A stretch of DNA of 64,000 nucleotides from Octopus sinensis (GCF_006345805.1 NC_043010.1:52514001-52578000); one strand, 5' to 3'; positions 10,683-23,305 are shown, counted from the first letter of the stretch. Made by a program: numbers and translations. The notes: generated from the sequence alone by a model not told the origin.

Positions 10683-10988
10683 AAAAATAATAGTGTTAGC
10701 ACAAATAGTTAAAAAAGGAACGAGAATGTCAGCAAGTCTAAGGAAACTAAATAACTACAACTTCGTCAATAAGAAGAATGTAATAATAATAATAACAGTG
10801 ACTCCGAAATAGCGACAGCAATATCAACGGACATGTCGAATTAATTGCTCACTGAGACGTGAATTCACCTACAGTTGTTTGAATAGAAAAATGACAAGGG
10901 CGCAAAAGCCATTTTTCATTGTGAGTACAAAAGTACGTGAAGTGTGAGGTAGTGCATTTGGTACCCTCCAGAACAATCACCTGCAGGT

Positions 10989-11190
10989 CTATATTTAAGA
11001 GATGAGGAATTATGTACATTATTTACTAACATTATTTATATTCGACGGATATTTGTCCTCATCTTGTTTGTTGTTAACACAAACGTTTCGGCTGATTTCA
11101 GAAGGCTGGAGGGTATATCAGCCGAAACGTTGTGTTAACAACAAACAAGATGAGGACAAATATCCGACGAATGTAAATAATGTAAATAAT
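10989..11190. mobile_element. Inverted duplication of a Penelope-like terminal repeat
   Basis: The left arm is the reverse complement of the right arm; same family as 44890-45060; carries the 3' half of a hammerhead (GGCTG..CAGCC GAAACGTT). Confidence 0.7.
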
Positions 11191-11316
11191 CACCTGTAGT
11201 TGTGTGATAAAAAAAAAAAATGATGATGTGGATTGGGACAAAACCATTTCTTTGTTGCAGTTAGAAGTACCTGAAGAATGGAAGTGGTGCCACAAAAGGC
11301 AAACAGTGTGTTTCCA

Positions 11317-11520
11317 TACTCTTTTACTTGTTTCAGTCATTTGACTGCGGCCATGCTGGAGCACCGCCTTTAATCGAGCAACTCGACCCCGGGACTTATT
11401 CTTTTGTAAGCCCAGTACTTATTCTATCGGTCTCTTTTGCCGAACCGCTAAGTAACGGGGACATAAACACACCAGCATCGGTTGTCAAGTAATGCTAGGG
11501 GGACAAACACAGACACACAA

Positions 11521-11579
<59 letters not shown>

Positions 11580-11753
11580 CATACATATATACGACAGGCT
11601 TCTTTCAGTTTCCGTTTACCAAATCCACTCACAAGACTCTGGTCGGCCAGAGGCTATAGTAGAAGACACTTGCCCAAGGTGCCACGCAGTGGGACTGAAC
11701 CCGGAACCATGTGGTTGGTAAACAAGCTACTTACCACACAGCCACTCCTGCGC
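11317..11753 (-). mobile_element. Full SINE, family B (tRNA head, CORE-like domain, internal TA/TG microsatellite, CR1-like tail)
   Basis: Head GCGCAGGAGTGGCTGTGTGGTAAG..GGTTCAGTCCC; CORE-like GGCACCTTGGGCAAGTGTCTTC. Confidence 0.92.
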
Positions 11754-11930
11754 CTATTCCAATGGATAATTTTTTTTTTTTACCATTCCTTTGTTTTCTA
11801 CAATGGAGATTATAATTCTGAAAAAAATTTTTTGCTTTACATTTTTGCTCCCTGAACATCATTCTTTGCTCTTTCTTTTCCTTCCCTGTGAGGTTGTGAT
11901 AGCAGTTTCAAAATTTCACCTGCTAATGAA

Positions 11931-12100
11931 GCGCAGGCGTGGCTGTGTGGTAAGTAGCTTGCTTACAAACCACATGGTTCCAGGTTCAGTCCCACTGCGT
12001 GACAACTTGGGCAAGTGTCTTCTGCTATAGCCTCGGGCCAACCAATGCCTTGTGAGTGGATTTGGTAGACGGAAACTGAAAGAAGCCTGTCGTATATATG

Positions 12101-12133
<33 letters not shown>

Positions 12134-12350
12134 ATATGTTTGTGTGTTTGTCCCCCTAGCATTACTTGACAACCGATGTTGGTGTGTTTACATCCCCGTC
12201 ACTTAGCGGTTCGGCAAAAGAGACCGATAGAATAAGTACTAGGCTTACAAAAGAATAAGTCCCGGGGTCGAGTTGCTCGATTAAAGGTGGTGCTCCAGCA
12301 TGGCCACAGTCAAATGACTGAAACAAGTAAAAGAGAGTAAAAGAGTAAGA
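11931..12350 (+). mobile_element. Full SINE, family B
   Basis: Inverted near-identical partner of 11317-11753. Confidence 0.92.
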
Positions 12351-12962
12351 GAATGGAAGTTTATTCTGAAGTTAGGAAGAGAAGGAAAAAAACTCCAACT
12401 CCTGTGTACCTGAGTAATATTTTAAATTCTTATCAACGTGTTTCGTTGATCTACTAAAGTGAATATTCATAATGTACCACCAAATTTTAAATCAGTAATT
12501 TTGGTGGAAGTTATAGAGGAACTAGGGGAAATAATCCTCAATCTTCCTTACATGTAAAATACCTTGAGATGGAGGTTCTTCTTACATGTAAAACTTTGTA
12601 GAAATTTCATTCTAATTCCAAATGGAGACATACAAAACATGATAATAATAAAAGACAGAAAGGAAGCCAAAGGGATTTCACTGCAGTGTCACTAACCAAC
12701 TTATGCATTTTCAGTTTCCTTGTCATGTAACAGCTACAAAACTTCCCTAATAACATCAAATGAGAAAACAACACTAACACAATCGACATCAACAGCCACA
12801 ACAATAAATTGCTAAAAAAAAAGCATAATAAATTGGTTAAACAGCTTAATAAATTGCTCAAAAGACAAACACTTGTACTACCTACAAAGGTGGTGAAAGG
12901 TGCCCTCTCCTAAACAACACAAACAATAAAACTCGTGCTGACATATCTGCCTTTCTCAGATA

Positions 12963-13145
12963 CCTATTTCTTTACTGCCCACAAGGGGCTACACACCGAG
13001 GGGACAAACAAGGACAGACAAACGGATTAAGTCGATTATATCGACCCCGAAAGGATGAAAGGTAAAGTCGACCTCGGTGGAATTTGAACTCAGAACGTAA
13101 CGGCAGACGAAATACGGCCACCTATTTCGTCCGGCGTGCTAACGC
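12963..13145 (-). mobile_element. SINE family A with an internal deletion
   Basis: Reverse match to 236-466. Confidence 0.85.
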
Positions 13146-13497
13146 TTCATCTATCCATGAAACTGAATTAATTATATATGAAATATAATTCGATTAATAC
13201 AATTAATACATTAAAAACGTTAAAAAAAAAGTTAAAATATTTCACAACAGTATATACGCATACTCAACCATCAATATACATATATACATCAGCTTTTAAT
13301 CAGACTGGAAAAAGAGAAAGATCCTTCAAACCTGAAAACTTTGTGGGTCTAAAGTCACCTGGAGAATGGTGGGAGTGTGACTGATCTGCAAGATGAAAAA
13401 ATAAGAACAACAGCTGCAATAGCAAGAACTTGGACAAACACTTCTCAACTTCATTGTTCGTTCATGAGAACGTCGTAGCAATGATAGAATTCATAAA

Positions 13498-13728
13498 AGG
13501 CGGCGAGCTGGCAGAAACGTTAGCACGCCGGGCGAAATACTTTGCGGTATTTCGTCTGCCGTTACGTTCTGAGTTCAAATTGCGCCAAGGTCAACTTTGT
13601 CTTTCATCCTTTCGGGGTCGATTAAATATGTACCAGTTACGCACTGGGGTCGATATAATCGACTTAATTTCTTTGTCTGTCCTTTTTTGTCCCCTCTATG
13701 TTTAGCCCCTTGTGGGCAATAAAGAAAT
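13498..13728 (+). mobile_element. SINE family A
   Basis: Match to 236-466. Confidence 0.9.
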
Positions 13729-14079
13729 AAGAATTCGTAAAATTACAAACGGAAATAAAGCAAATAGGAAGGTGAGAGGAACCAACTCCTCCTAAAAGTG
13801 ACTAAATGAGAAACTCCTGTTGAGGACAATACTTGGAGTATATAGAACTATAAAAGAGAAATTACCAATGGACCTGGGAAATTCATAAAGACCCCAGCAC
13901 TAAAAATGCTGGAGGGGTCTTTTAAGGAACTAAAAATGTACAATGCACCTCAACAAGAACTATAAGGTAAGTGGTATTTTCTCTTGTTATTTAGAGCAGC
14001 ATTGAGTGTGGTTTGTATGAATGCACAAGGTGGCCCAGGCAAGCGTTTGGAAGCTGGTTCATATACTGAAAGACCGCAA

Positions 14080-14570
14080 GATACTAAACATATATCACAT
14101 TTTATGGCATACAAACTGGCATAGTTTGTGGTGTAAACATTCAAACACCATCGTTGTCTTTCTAAATCCCACAGCATATCACAAGGAATCTTTAGTTCTT
14201 CAAGGTTGTTTTAATGTATATGTCAACCTATTTTGGGGGGTGGGTGGGGGTGTAAATTTTGATCAGAAAAATTCAACTTGTATGCAAGAAAATACAGTAT
14301 GTAAGAGCAATGTTTCTATGTTGCATGATCTTAAGCTCTTAAATGACTATAAGGTTTACACCTCGCATAAATAAATGTAGTAAGGGGATAGTGCTAGAGA
14401 ACAATTGGAGAAGGAACTGGGAGGAAGTGAACTGCAAAAAAGTTATTTGTAGAGGCATCATATATGAAATACAAGCATCAAGAATGTGTACTGACCATTT
14501 CTTTGACATGAGACATAAATATTGCATTGTTTGAATCCATATTCTTAGACTTAAAATGAAAAGGAAAAAC
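14080..14570 (-). pseudogene. Possible highly decayed piggyBac-like transposase C-terminus
   Basis: MQYLCLMSKKWSVHILDACISY and a frameshifted Cys-rich end (PCD..RKTTMVFECLHHKLCQFVCH) resemble the piggyBac KW..HLLD region and CRD. Weak. Confidence 0.3.
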
Positions 14571-15002
14571 ATTCAAAGCATCGAGGTAGAAGTGCAATGG
14601 GCAACAAAGTCACAATCTGGTCTTTGACAGACCACAACTGCATGCAATTGAATTCCAGGTAGATTTGAGTTGTTTGTCAGTGACACTTTTCCTGACTATT
14701 TGTGGGAGGCAATGGAATGGACACAGTGAACTTCATAGCCCATCTCAATTATTGCTAGAAGTGGAATGTTACAGAAAATTGATAATGGCAGCTGAAATGT
14801 GGGAGTTACTGCCTGATTGTGGGAAGGAAATTTGGTTAGGTTTGAACAGTCTACTTTACGATCTTTATGCTAATGTGCCAGACTTACTCACCACTGTTCA
14901 GGTAGATGCCTATCAAAGAAGCAGGAGACAACATTTCCAGTTCTGTTTGCCAGGGAATGGCAATGTTGTTAAGTAAGGATAAGGGAAATTGGGACATTAT
15001 GA

Positions 15003-15460
15003 TTGATTGATTGATTGATTCTAGTTTCAGCTTATGAGCTGTGGCCATGCTGGGGCACCGCCATTTGGTGTTGCCACTTGGTTTCACTTCATGGAGGCTT
15101 TCTAGCAACTGCTATTTGGTGCATGAGAGAGTTCGATGCAGCTGCCCTCATCTGCCCTCCTGCCGTGAGTTGGTTCATCTGGGACACCTGACAGGAAGAG
15201 ATCCAGCTTCATTTTAAAGACATCTGTATCCACCCCATGCAGGTCTCTCAGGTTCTTCGGGAGGATATTGAAGAGCTGTGGGCCTCGGAGCCCAGGCTAT
15301 CACAGTATCTTGTCCTACATCTTGATGGCAGGTTTGGAGTCCTAGGCACCATGCAGTGGCGCCCAGTTCTGGCATTTGCGTAACTCTCGATGCCAAAGTT
15401 CAGGACACTTCCCTCCAGGATCTTCCAGATGTATATTATGGCATATCTTTCCCGCATATC
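15003..15460 (-). mobile_element. CR1-group LINE 3' fragment with (CAAT)n tail
   Basis: RERYAIIYIWKILEG and GPQLFNILPKNLRDL..FKMKLDLFLSGVPDEP, typical of the CR1 ORF2 C-terminus. Confidence 0.85.
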
Positions 15461-15527
15461 TTTATTATGGATAAAAGTTTATAATCACTACCATTTCACC
15501 CAAAATTAAAATGTAAATATGCATATA

Positions 15528-15900
15528 CTCTTACTCTCTTTTTACTCTTTTACTTGTTTCAGTCATTTGACTGCGGCCATGCTGGAGCACCGCCTTTTAG
15601 TCGAGCAAATCGACCCCGAGACTTATTCTTTGTAAGCCCAGTACTTATTCTATCGGTCTCTTTGGCCGAACCGCTAAGTGACGGGGACGTAAACACACCA
15701 GCATCAGTTGTCAAGCAATGCTAGGGGTACAAACACAGACACACAAAATATATGTATGTATACATATCTGTATATATGTGTGTGTGTGTGTGTGTGTGTA
15801 TGCATATATATATATATATATATAAATATATCCATACACACACACATGACGGGCTTCTTCCAGTTTCCATCTTGCAAATCCCCTCATAAAGCTTTAGTCT
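15528..15900 (-). mobile_element. SINE family B, 5'-truncated
   Basis: Match to other B copies. Confidence 0.88.
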
Positions 15901-17450
15901 GCTATATGAAATTTTTTTATATATATTTGTTAAATATACATTAACTGCTGGTAGTTACTATAATTAAAACCCCAGGATTTTCTACCTCACTTTCTCCAAT
16001 TTTGTCTATTCTTTGTGTAAGCACATGTGTATGCACGTAGTCATCTATGAATGTGTGTACATGTGTCTCCCCTCACATCCTCCTCCCCCTCTTCTATCAC
16101 CCGTATTCTGGTATACCACCTTCTGCATAAAATGTATAATTACAATGTATAGCAGCATGCAATGAACAAAATACTGAATTTTTTTTGTTAAAATACCGAG
16201 CATATGATCCAGTGGCTTATGGGAATGAATGAACATTATAAAGCTTCAAAATGCCAATTATGTTTCTGGTATTTCTTATTGACACACACACACACATATA
16301 TATATAAACAAATGTATGAATATGTATGTATATATACACATGTGCACATATACATATATAGGAAACCTTTTCTTTGTGCCTTATGTCTCTTATTGACACA
16401 GATATTATTCAATCTTCTACCTTTCTTTTCATGTAGTATTCTTTTGAGTGGCATGGGAAGTGACAAGAGTTTATGACACACTTTTACCACCTCTTCCAAT
16501 GGATCCTTCTATCTACTACATATTACTAATATTTTATCTAAACAACCCATACCACCTGCAGTTTTTAGCGAAGTGATCAATATTTGATTCTCATGACCAG
16601 CCAACCTAATTCTGCATTTGACTACTCAGTTTTGAACTGCTAAACATTATTATTGCATTTCCTTGATTTGAATTTTAAACCTTAAAAACTCCATTCATAC
16701 ATTTCTATACATACATACTGTTTTGAATGCCCATTACTTCAATAAGATACACATTTTCCATGACAGTAGATAAATTTTTTATTCCACAACAAATTTATAG
16801 TGGCTTCATGCAGGCATGGCATGGATTCAATCCTTGATTGCCTAATTTCATTTAACACTTCAACAGTGCTTTTCTCATGGTAAAACAAGTTTTCTGTGGA
16901 TGGCAGCAGTTAAACATTTCTCAGATACCTACACTAAGCAGAATGTCTTTGCCACTTGATCCCTCTAACCTCTTCTAGGCCACCAGGGGCAGTAATGGAG
17001 GTAACATACCTCCAACGAAATCATTTATTCTCAACAATATGTCTATTTTTTTGGCTGCTTTTCAATAGTTATAAAAATAAGAACTCTGTAAGCTAAAGGT
17101 AGTTACTGAGAACGACCATCAGTGAGTGTGAAAGTTATTATTGCACTTTCTTAAACATTAAACACTTCATTTATTTATTTATATACATAAATACTACCTT
17201 TATACATTACCTTTAATAAATTAGCCTGCATAAAGTTCACCTTTAAAATGCCATGACGAGTCAGAGTACTTTCTCACCTACCTCCAACAATCCCCCCCCT
17301 CCTCCAGCAGACAGTTCTTTTGTATCTTCTCGCAACAGAAAATACACCTTTTGTGGCAGTTATAATGAAATTGCTTTCTTATATCAGAGTAATAAGGCAT
17401 TTAATCTTTGCCCCCCCGCCGGGAATTACCAGGTACACTAGCTAGTATAC

Positions 17451-17503
<53 letters not shown>

Positions 17504-17717
17504 GTGTATATATATATATAAGGCAAGATGTGTGTGCGTACATTTTTATAATTGAACATATTTACCCCCGGAATTACCGAGTACAGGTAGTATATATATA
17601 TATATATAATATATATATATATAATGTATATATATATATATATATAATATATATATATATTATATATATATATATATATACATACATATATGTGAGTGTA
17701 CGTACATATATATATTG

Positions 17718-17902
17718 TGGTATTTCGTCCGCCGCTGCGTTCTGTGTTCAAATTCCGCCGAGGTCGACTTTGCCTTTCATCCTTTCGGGGTCAATAAATA
17801 AAGTACCAGTTTTGCACTGGGGTTGATGTAGTCGACATAATCCCTTTGTCTGTCCTTGTTTGTCCCCTCTATATTTAGCCCCTTGTGGGCAGTAAAGAAA
17901 TA
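17718..17902 (+). mobile_element. SINE family A, 5'-truncated, inside (TA)n
   Basis: Match to 236-466. Confidence 0.85.
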
Positions 17903-18018
17903 TATATATATATTATACACACATACATATGTATATTATACACACACACACATATATATATTATACACACACACACACATATATATATATTATACACCAC
18001 ACACACACATATATATAT

Positions 18019-18052
<34 letters not shown>

Positions 18053-18081
18053 TTATATACATATATATATGTAAATACACA

Positions 18082-18294
18082 CAAAGTAGTGCTGAAAAGT
18101 TCCTGACTTTAAGGGTACAGCAAAAGGCACTGGCTGGAGGCCCAACCTTCCCGCCTCTTTTTTACAAGACTTAGGAAAACTGAAAGACTGCTGCAATAAC
18201 TGAGTAACTATGAGAAAGGAATATGTTGAATAATTAACTGATCCTCTTGTATTTTTTTTTTTACCAAAAGCCAGGAACTTTTCTGAACCCCGTC
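18082..18294 (+). mobile_element. ~210-bp mariner-derived MITE
   Basis: TIR GTGCTGAAAAGTTCCTG / CCAGGAACTTTTC; interior matches 20833-21038. Confidence 0.8.
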
Positions 18295-18329
18295 ATAGCT
18301 GTCAAGTACTGTGATCATTACAGTTATAT

Positions 18330-18675
18330 AATACTCTTTTACTTGTTTCAGTCATTTTGACTGCGGCCATGCTGGAGCACCGCCTTTAATCGAGCAACTC
18401 GACCCCGTGACTTATTCTTTTGTAAGCCCAGTACTTATTCTATCGGTCTCTTTTGCCGAACCGCTAAGTGACAGGGACATAAACACACCAGCATCGGTTG
18501 TCAAGCAATGCTAAGGGGAGAAACACACACACACACAAACATACACGCACACATACATATATATATATATATACATATATACGACGGGCTTCTTTCAGTT
18601 TCCATCTACCAAATTCACTTACAAGGCTTTGGTTGGCCCGAGGCTATAGTAGAAGACACTTGCCCAAGGTGCCAA
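18330..18675 (-). mobile_element. SINE family B; a more degenerate copy follows at 18770-18960
   Basis: Match to other B copies. Confidence 0.88.
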
Positions 18676-19109
18676 TAATCTAAAACAATTATTTGAATCA
18701 CACACTTAATATTTGACTATATACAAATGGTTGAAATATGCAGTAATGTTTGGACAGCACACTGTTCTTTTATCTTCTAAATGTTACAGTCATTAGATTG
18801 CAGCCATGCTGGAGCACAGCCTTGAAGAATTTTAACAGGATAAATTTCCTCGAGCAGTTATTCTATAAGTATTTTTTGCCAAACTGCTAAGTTACAGATC
18901 TATAAACATACCAACACCAATTGTCAAATGGGATGGGGGATGATGACAAACACAGACACAAATACAACACATCATCAATATTTAATGTCCATTTTCCATG
19001 CTGGCATGGGTTAGATGGCTTGGCAAAAACTGCCAGCTCGCCACATTAATAATAGTAATAATGATGATGATGATAACAATAATTAATAATAATAAGAAGA
19101 AAGGAAATA

Positions 19110-19483
19110 ATGAACATGAATGATAATCGATGTAGCATTCTCCAGTGACAACAGGATCAATGTGAAAGGAAAATAAAAAATAAACAGCTATGATGATTTG
19201 AAATGGGAAATATGAAGGTTGTTGTTAATGAAGAGAGTAGATGTTATACAAATAGTAATTGGTACACTTTGAAGCATCAGCACTCAACTACCAACATGGC
19301 TGAAAAAGATTGGTGCAAGTGTGAAGGTAGAACCCCTTCAAATATCAGCATTGCTTGGAACTGCAAAAATTCTTTGCAGGGATCTTCAAGCATGACCGGT
19401 AAACAAGTGTCACCTTAGTCTGCTGGCTGTGGACAATAGACACCATCATACCCAGCAAAATAAGCTATGAGTTTTCATAGAAT
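19110..19483 (+). mobile_element. Decayed Dong-type RLE 3' fragment (third family) between TAA tracts
   Basis: IIDVAFSSDNRI..YDDLKWEI..IVIGTL..LQISALLGTAKIL. Confidence 0.78.
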
Positions 19484-19711
19484 AATAATAACAATAATAA
19501 TAATAATAATACTTTCTTTATTCATTCATTCTTCTTTTAATATTGATTTCTTTGTTAGTAGTAATGATTTCAAACTTTGGCCCAACCCCGGCAATTTCAG
19601 GGGAGGGGATGAGTTGAGTACATTGACCCTGAAAGGATGAAAGGCAAAGTCAACCTCGCCGTTCATCCTTTTCAGGGTCAATAAAATAATAATAATAATA
19701 ATAATAATAAT

Positions 19712-19936
19712 TGTGAATAAAGATATAAATGTAAGTAAAAAATATACACAAATAATTGAAGAAGTTTGGATAGGAAGTCATGTAGACACCCTACAGAAAG
19801 TTTGCCTCTCAGGGACAAGAAAGATTATCAGAAGAGTTTGAAACAGTTGAAAGCTTGTGAATATCTCAGGTTTCAAGTAGTGACCCGCAGCCCACATAAA
19901 TTCTAGAAGGTATAAGAAAAAAACTGAGTCAGTCAA
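19712..19936 (+). mobile_element. Short Dong-type 3' fragment (fourth family) between TAA tracts
   Basis: LQKVCLSGTRKIIRRV resembles the LQK..LLGTARI.RK terminus. Confidence 0.6.
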
Positions 19937-20133
19937 ATAATAATAATAATGGCTTCAAATTTTAGTAGAAGACCAGCAATGTTGGGGTAAGTCGATTATA
20001 TCAACCCCAGTCCTCAGCTGGTACTTATTATATCAAGTCTGACCTTTCAGAGTTGGTAAAATACGAACCAGCTGATAAAGTTGATGTTGGTGGAATTTGA
20101 ACAGACAAACTGAACAATTCCTATTTTCAATCA

Positions 20134-20451
20134 TCATTTTCTATGTTTATTTTTACGGCTGAGACTGTTGCGGTTTTCTAATTGCAGATTGTTACTAAAT
20201 TCCATAACCCTTTCAGTGGTGTGCATCTCTTTGGTTTGGTTACTTTCTGCTCTGTTTGTCACTCTGTTTCCATATGCATTCTCTGTTGTATGTGTATTGC
20301 ACGTATAATTGGTTTCCCTGTAAGTGGTATTTGACTCCTTTGAAGAAAAGTATGTATAAAGCGCATAAACCAGACCAGCTGCAGCAGCAAGAGCACCACC
20401 TAGTTGAATACCTTCCATCAGAGGTGAAACATTCCGTCTGTAACTTCCCAT
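20134..20451 (-). CDS. Candidate 105-aa small protein with a hydrophobic N-terminal segment
   Basis: Acceptor TTTTTTCATCCAG ends at 20472, ATG follows exactly 20 nt later, hydrophobic stretch IQLGGALAAAAGLVYALYTYF. Unique, non-repetitive sequence. No homolog recognised. Confidence 0.45.
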   Translation of the reverse strand: MGSYRRNVSPLMEGIQLGGALAAAAGLVYALYTYFSSKESNTTYRETNYTCNTHTTENAYGNRVTNRAESNQTKEMHTTERVMEFSNNLQLENRNSLSRKNKHRK

Positions 20452-20509
20452 CTTAAACAATCAGAAAATACCTGGATGAAAAAATTGGATAAAGTTATTA
20501 TATATAATA

Positions 20510-20816
20510 CTAGCAGTATCGCTTGGCGTTGCTTGGGTTTGTAAGGGAAATAACTATATAAGCATTTTTAGAGAGTTACTTCCCTTGTATAACCCGAACA
20601 AAAATCATTAAAAATGCGGAAAAATGATGGTAAATTTTTTTTTAAATCGTAGACTCATAGTAGACGCGCGCTAATACCCAGAAGGGCTTGATATGAATGA
20701 CGACTATAAGATACCTGCTTTTGGTTAAACTGCATCGCAAAATGTGGGAGTAGTTAGGAATCTAAATTGGAGGAGACAGAGTCTCACACACACAACTTCA
20801 ATTTTATATATAAAGA
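20510..20816 (-). mobile_element. Non-autonomous Helitron
   Basis: Minus strand A^TCTTTATATATAAAATTGAAGTTGTGTG...ACCCAAGCAACGCCAAGCGATACTGCTAG^T; ends resemble 6182-6570. Confidence 0.82.
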
Positions 20817-20832
20817 TAATCAAGTTATATAT

Positions 20833-21279
20833 GATGGGGTGCTGAAAGGTTCCTGGCTTTAAGGGTATCGCGAAAGACCTGGTTGGAAGGCCAACATTCT
20901 GAGTTCTTTTTACAGGGCTTAGAAAAACTAAAGGACTGCTGTAATAAGTGTGCGAATCTGAGAGGGGAATATGTTGAATAAAATCATAATTAATTGTATT
21001 TTCTTTTACCCAAAGCCAGGAAATTTTAGTACCCCCTCATGTATGTGTGTGTGTGTGGGTATACAAGGGAGAGATGAAATGTTCCTGGCTTTAAGGGTAT
21101 CATGAAGGTACTGGTCGGAGGCCCAAACTTCCGAGTTCTTTTACAGGGCGTAGAAAAACTAGATGACCGCTGGCAAACGTTTGTGAATCTGAGAGGTGAA
21201 TATGTTGAGTAAAATCATAATTAACTGATCCACCTGTATTTTCTTTTACCCAACGTCAGGAACATTTCAGCACCTCCTC
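20833..21279 (+). mobile_element. Two tandem mariner-derived MITEs (20833-21038 and 21064-21279)
   Basis: TIR GGGGTGCTGAAA(A/G)GTTCCTGGCTT; interior encodes transposase C-terminus-like NKCANLRGEYVE*. Partial copies at 42305-42393 and 45165-45345. Confidence 0.85.
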
Positions 21280-21963
21280 ACAGGTACATAGGTAGACAAA
21301 ATGATCAAGAAACTAAAATGTAAAAACTGAGATATCAAATGAGCATTACTGTTGAGTAAAACAGTGATGAAGACATTCTATATATGACCATCCAGTCTTT
21401 GTGAATATCAGAGAATACATTATCTAGAGTGTCCTTCATCATTCACACACACATATACACTATAGTTATTGCTTTCGTCTCTTATAGAGATATTCTAACT
21501 AACTAATCTGCTTGTTGTAAGATCAGTGACTGTGTGTCACTTGGTTTCTATTTATTTTGAGCTGGAATGAGCTACTGCTATCTCTAGATGAGTATCCACC
21601 ACTGCGGATGACCACAAAGAAGTTGAAACCATACAATCTGGTGGTCTCATGGGTGCAGATTGCAATGATTAACCAGCTGGAATAGGTATCCTCCTGTGGT
21701 TAAAAATAGCAGTAATGTCAGTTCCTAGGGAACAGCCATGGTGACAAATATCATTTCCCATTATAGTTACTACTTTCATCCCTTATAGAGATTTTTTAAC
21801 TAGCTATTTCACTTTGCAGGTACTTTGGTATAAATTTTTATGGGTTTTTTTCCCTTTCTTTGCAGATTAATTGGACCATGTTGTTTAAATTCATATCAAT
21901 TTTATACTTTAGATCAGAAATATATAAGAGTTTTTCAGCACGTATATATCCATATGTTATATA

Positions 21964-22308
21964 TAAAATCATTTGCTGCGTCTAAAACTGAGACAACATC
22001 CTGTCACTAACCCTAACTCTAACCCTCACCCTAAATTTTAGCCTTTCGTTTTTTTTGCCTTAATTGTTACGCGTGTCTAAAATTATTCGTTTTGTTTTGA
22101 GTTTTTGCTTTCGTTTTTTTTTTCTTAATTGTTAAATTAAAATTATTTTCCATTGCTTTCGTTTTAGCCTTTCGTTTTTTTTTTTTTCTTAATTGTTATC
22201 CTTAAATTAATTTAACAATTAAGAAAACAAAACAAAAAAAAAACGAAAGGCTAAAATTTAGGGTTAGTGACAGGATGTTGTCTGTTTTAGACGCAGCAAA
22301 TGATTTTA
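21964..22308. mobile_element. Foldback element with telomere-like CCCTAA units in the arms
   Basis: TAAAATCATTTGCTGCGTCTAAAAC..CTAACCCTAA versus TTAGGGTTAG..GTTTTAGACGCAGCAAATGATTTTA. Confidence 0.8.
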
Positions 22309-22504
22309 GCTAAATAGAGGGCATAGGATTGGTTAAAATTCGAAAAATTAAACTACATTAAACAAACAAATTACAATTTTCCCAAGAAAGCCAAGAGAAA
22401 AAAATGTTTTATTTTGACACATTCTACCAGTATACGAAGTTTCAAAGTGTTTAGTTAATTAGAAATTGTGTTGAAAAGCGCTGTTCAAAAGGAAAAGATC
22501 CACT

Positions 22505-23045
22505 TTTTCGAAAAATGATTTTTTTAAAACTCCATCTTCCCCTCACGGAACAGTTTTTTTTTAATTTTGTGGGCACTATTCACGATGAATTTTTTGGAAA
22601 CTACGCACTTAAAACCTGTAGAAGTATTTCCGGTAAAAACAACAACAAAAAACATAAGTATTTTCAGACGATAAGTGTGATTTAAGGGAGATTTGGCTGT
22701 TGTTTCTAGCATGCCCCATGGGAGACTTGATTAAAATCATAAATTGTCAAAAATAATTTAATAGCATTAATGAATTTATGCTATTAATGGGAAGAAAATA
22801 CTGAAAAAGACACCAATAGGTGAGAAAGAAATGAGGAAGTGGTCATGGGATATACTAGAAACAACAGCCAAATCTCTCTTTAATCACACCTTTTCGTCTG
22901 AAAATATTTGCTTTTTTTTTTTTTAAATGAAAAGGCTTCTCTTATAGTTTTTAAGTACATAGTGCCCGCAAAATCGACCAAAATCGGTCCAGAGAGAAGA
23001 TGATGAGGGCCGGGCAGAGTTTTAAAAATCATTTTTCGAAAACAT
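22505..23045. mobile_element. Degenerate foldback/MITE
   Basis: TTTTCGAAAAATGATTTTT / AAAAATCATTTTTCGAAAA and GGGAGATTTGGCTGTTGTTTCTAG / CTAGAAACAACAGCCAAATCTCTC. Confidence 0.7.
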
Positions 23046-23246
23046 TTTTTTTTTGTTAAAAGGATGCTCCAGATCATTCCCAAGGACACCTCCTTGAAGA
23101 AAAAAAATCTTAAACCCCAATCCCAACCCCGTCAAAGCGGAGAATTTTAATTTATGTGGGCTGCCTATCGCTGACGTCACGTCCACCGAAAAGTTTATTT
23201 GAAAAGATAGTATTATTTGATACCACCCGCACGATTTTCACTAAGA

Positions 23247-23302
<56 letters not shown>

Positions 23303-23305
<3 letters not shown>

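Noticed and set aside
11482-11721. Recurrent MSSNARGTNT..DRLLSVSVYQIHSQ ORFs
   Set aside because: Antisense read-through of SINE B, repeated at every copy; no evidence of coding function.
12607-12861. Hydrophobic 84-aa ORF, plus a consensus donor at about 13967
   Set aside because: T-rich composition explains the hydrophobicity, and no consistent open exon chain could be built.
17470-18174. Many ORFs rich in YI, HT, CV or poly-Y/I (also 980-1204, 6762-7040, 26986-27268, 34764-35529)
   Set aside because: Translations of (TA)n, (CA)n and (TAA)n microsatellites; not genes.
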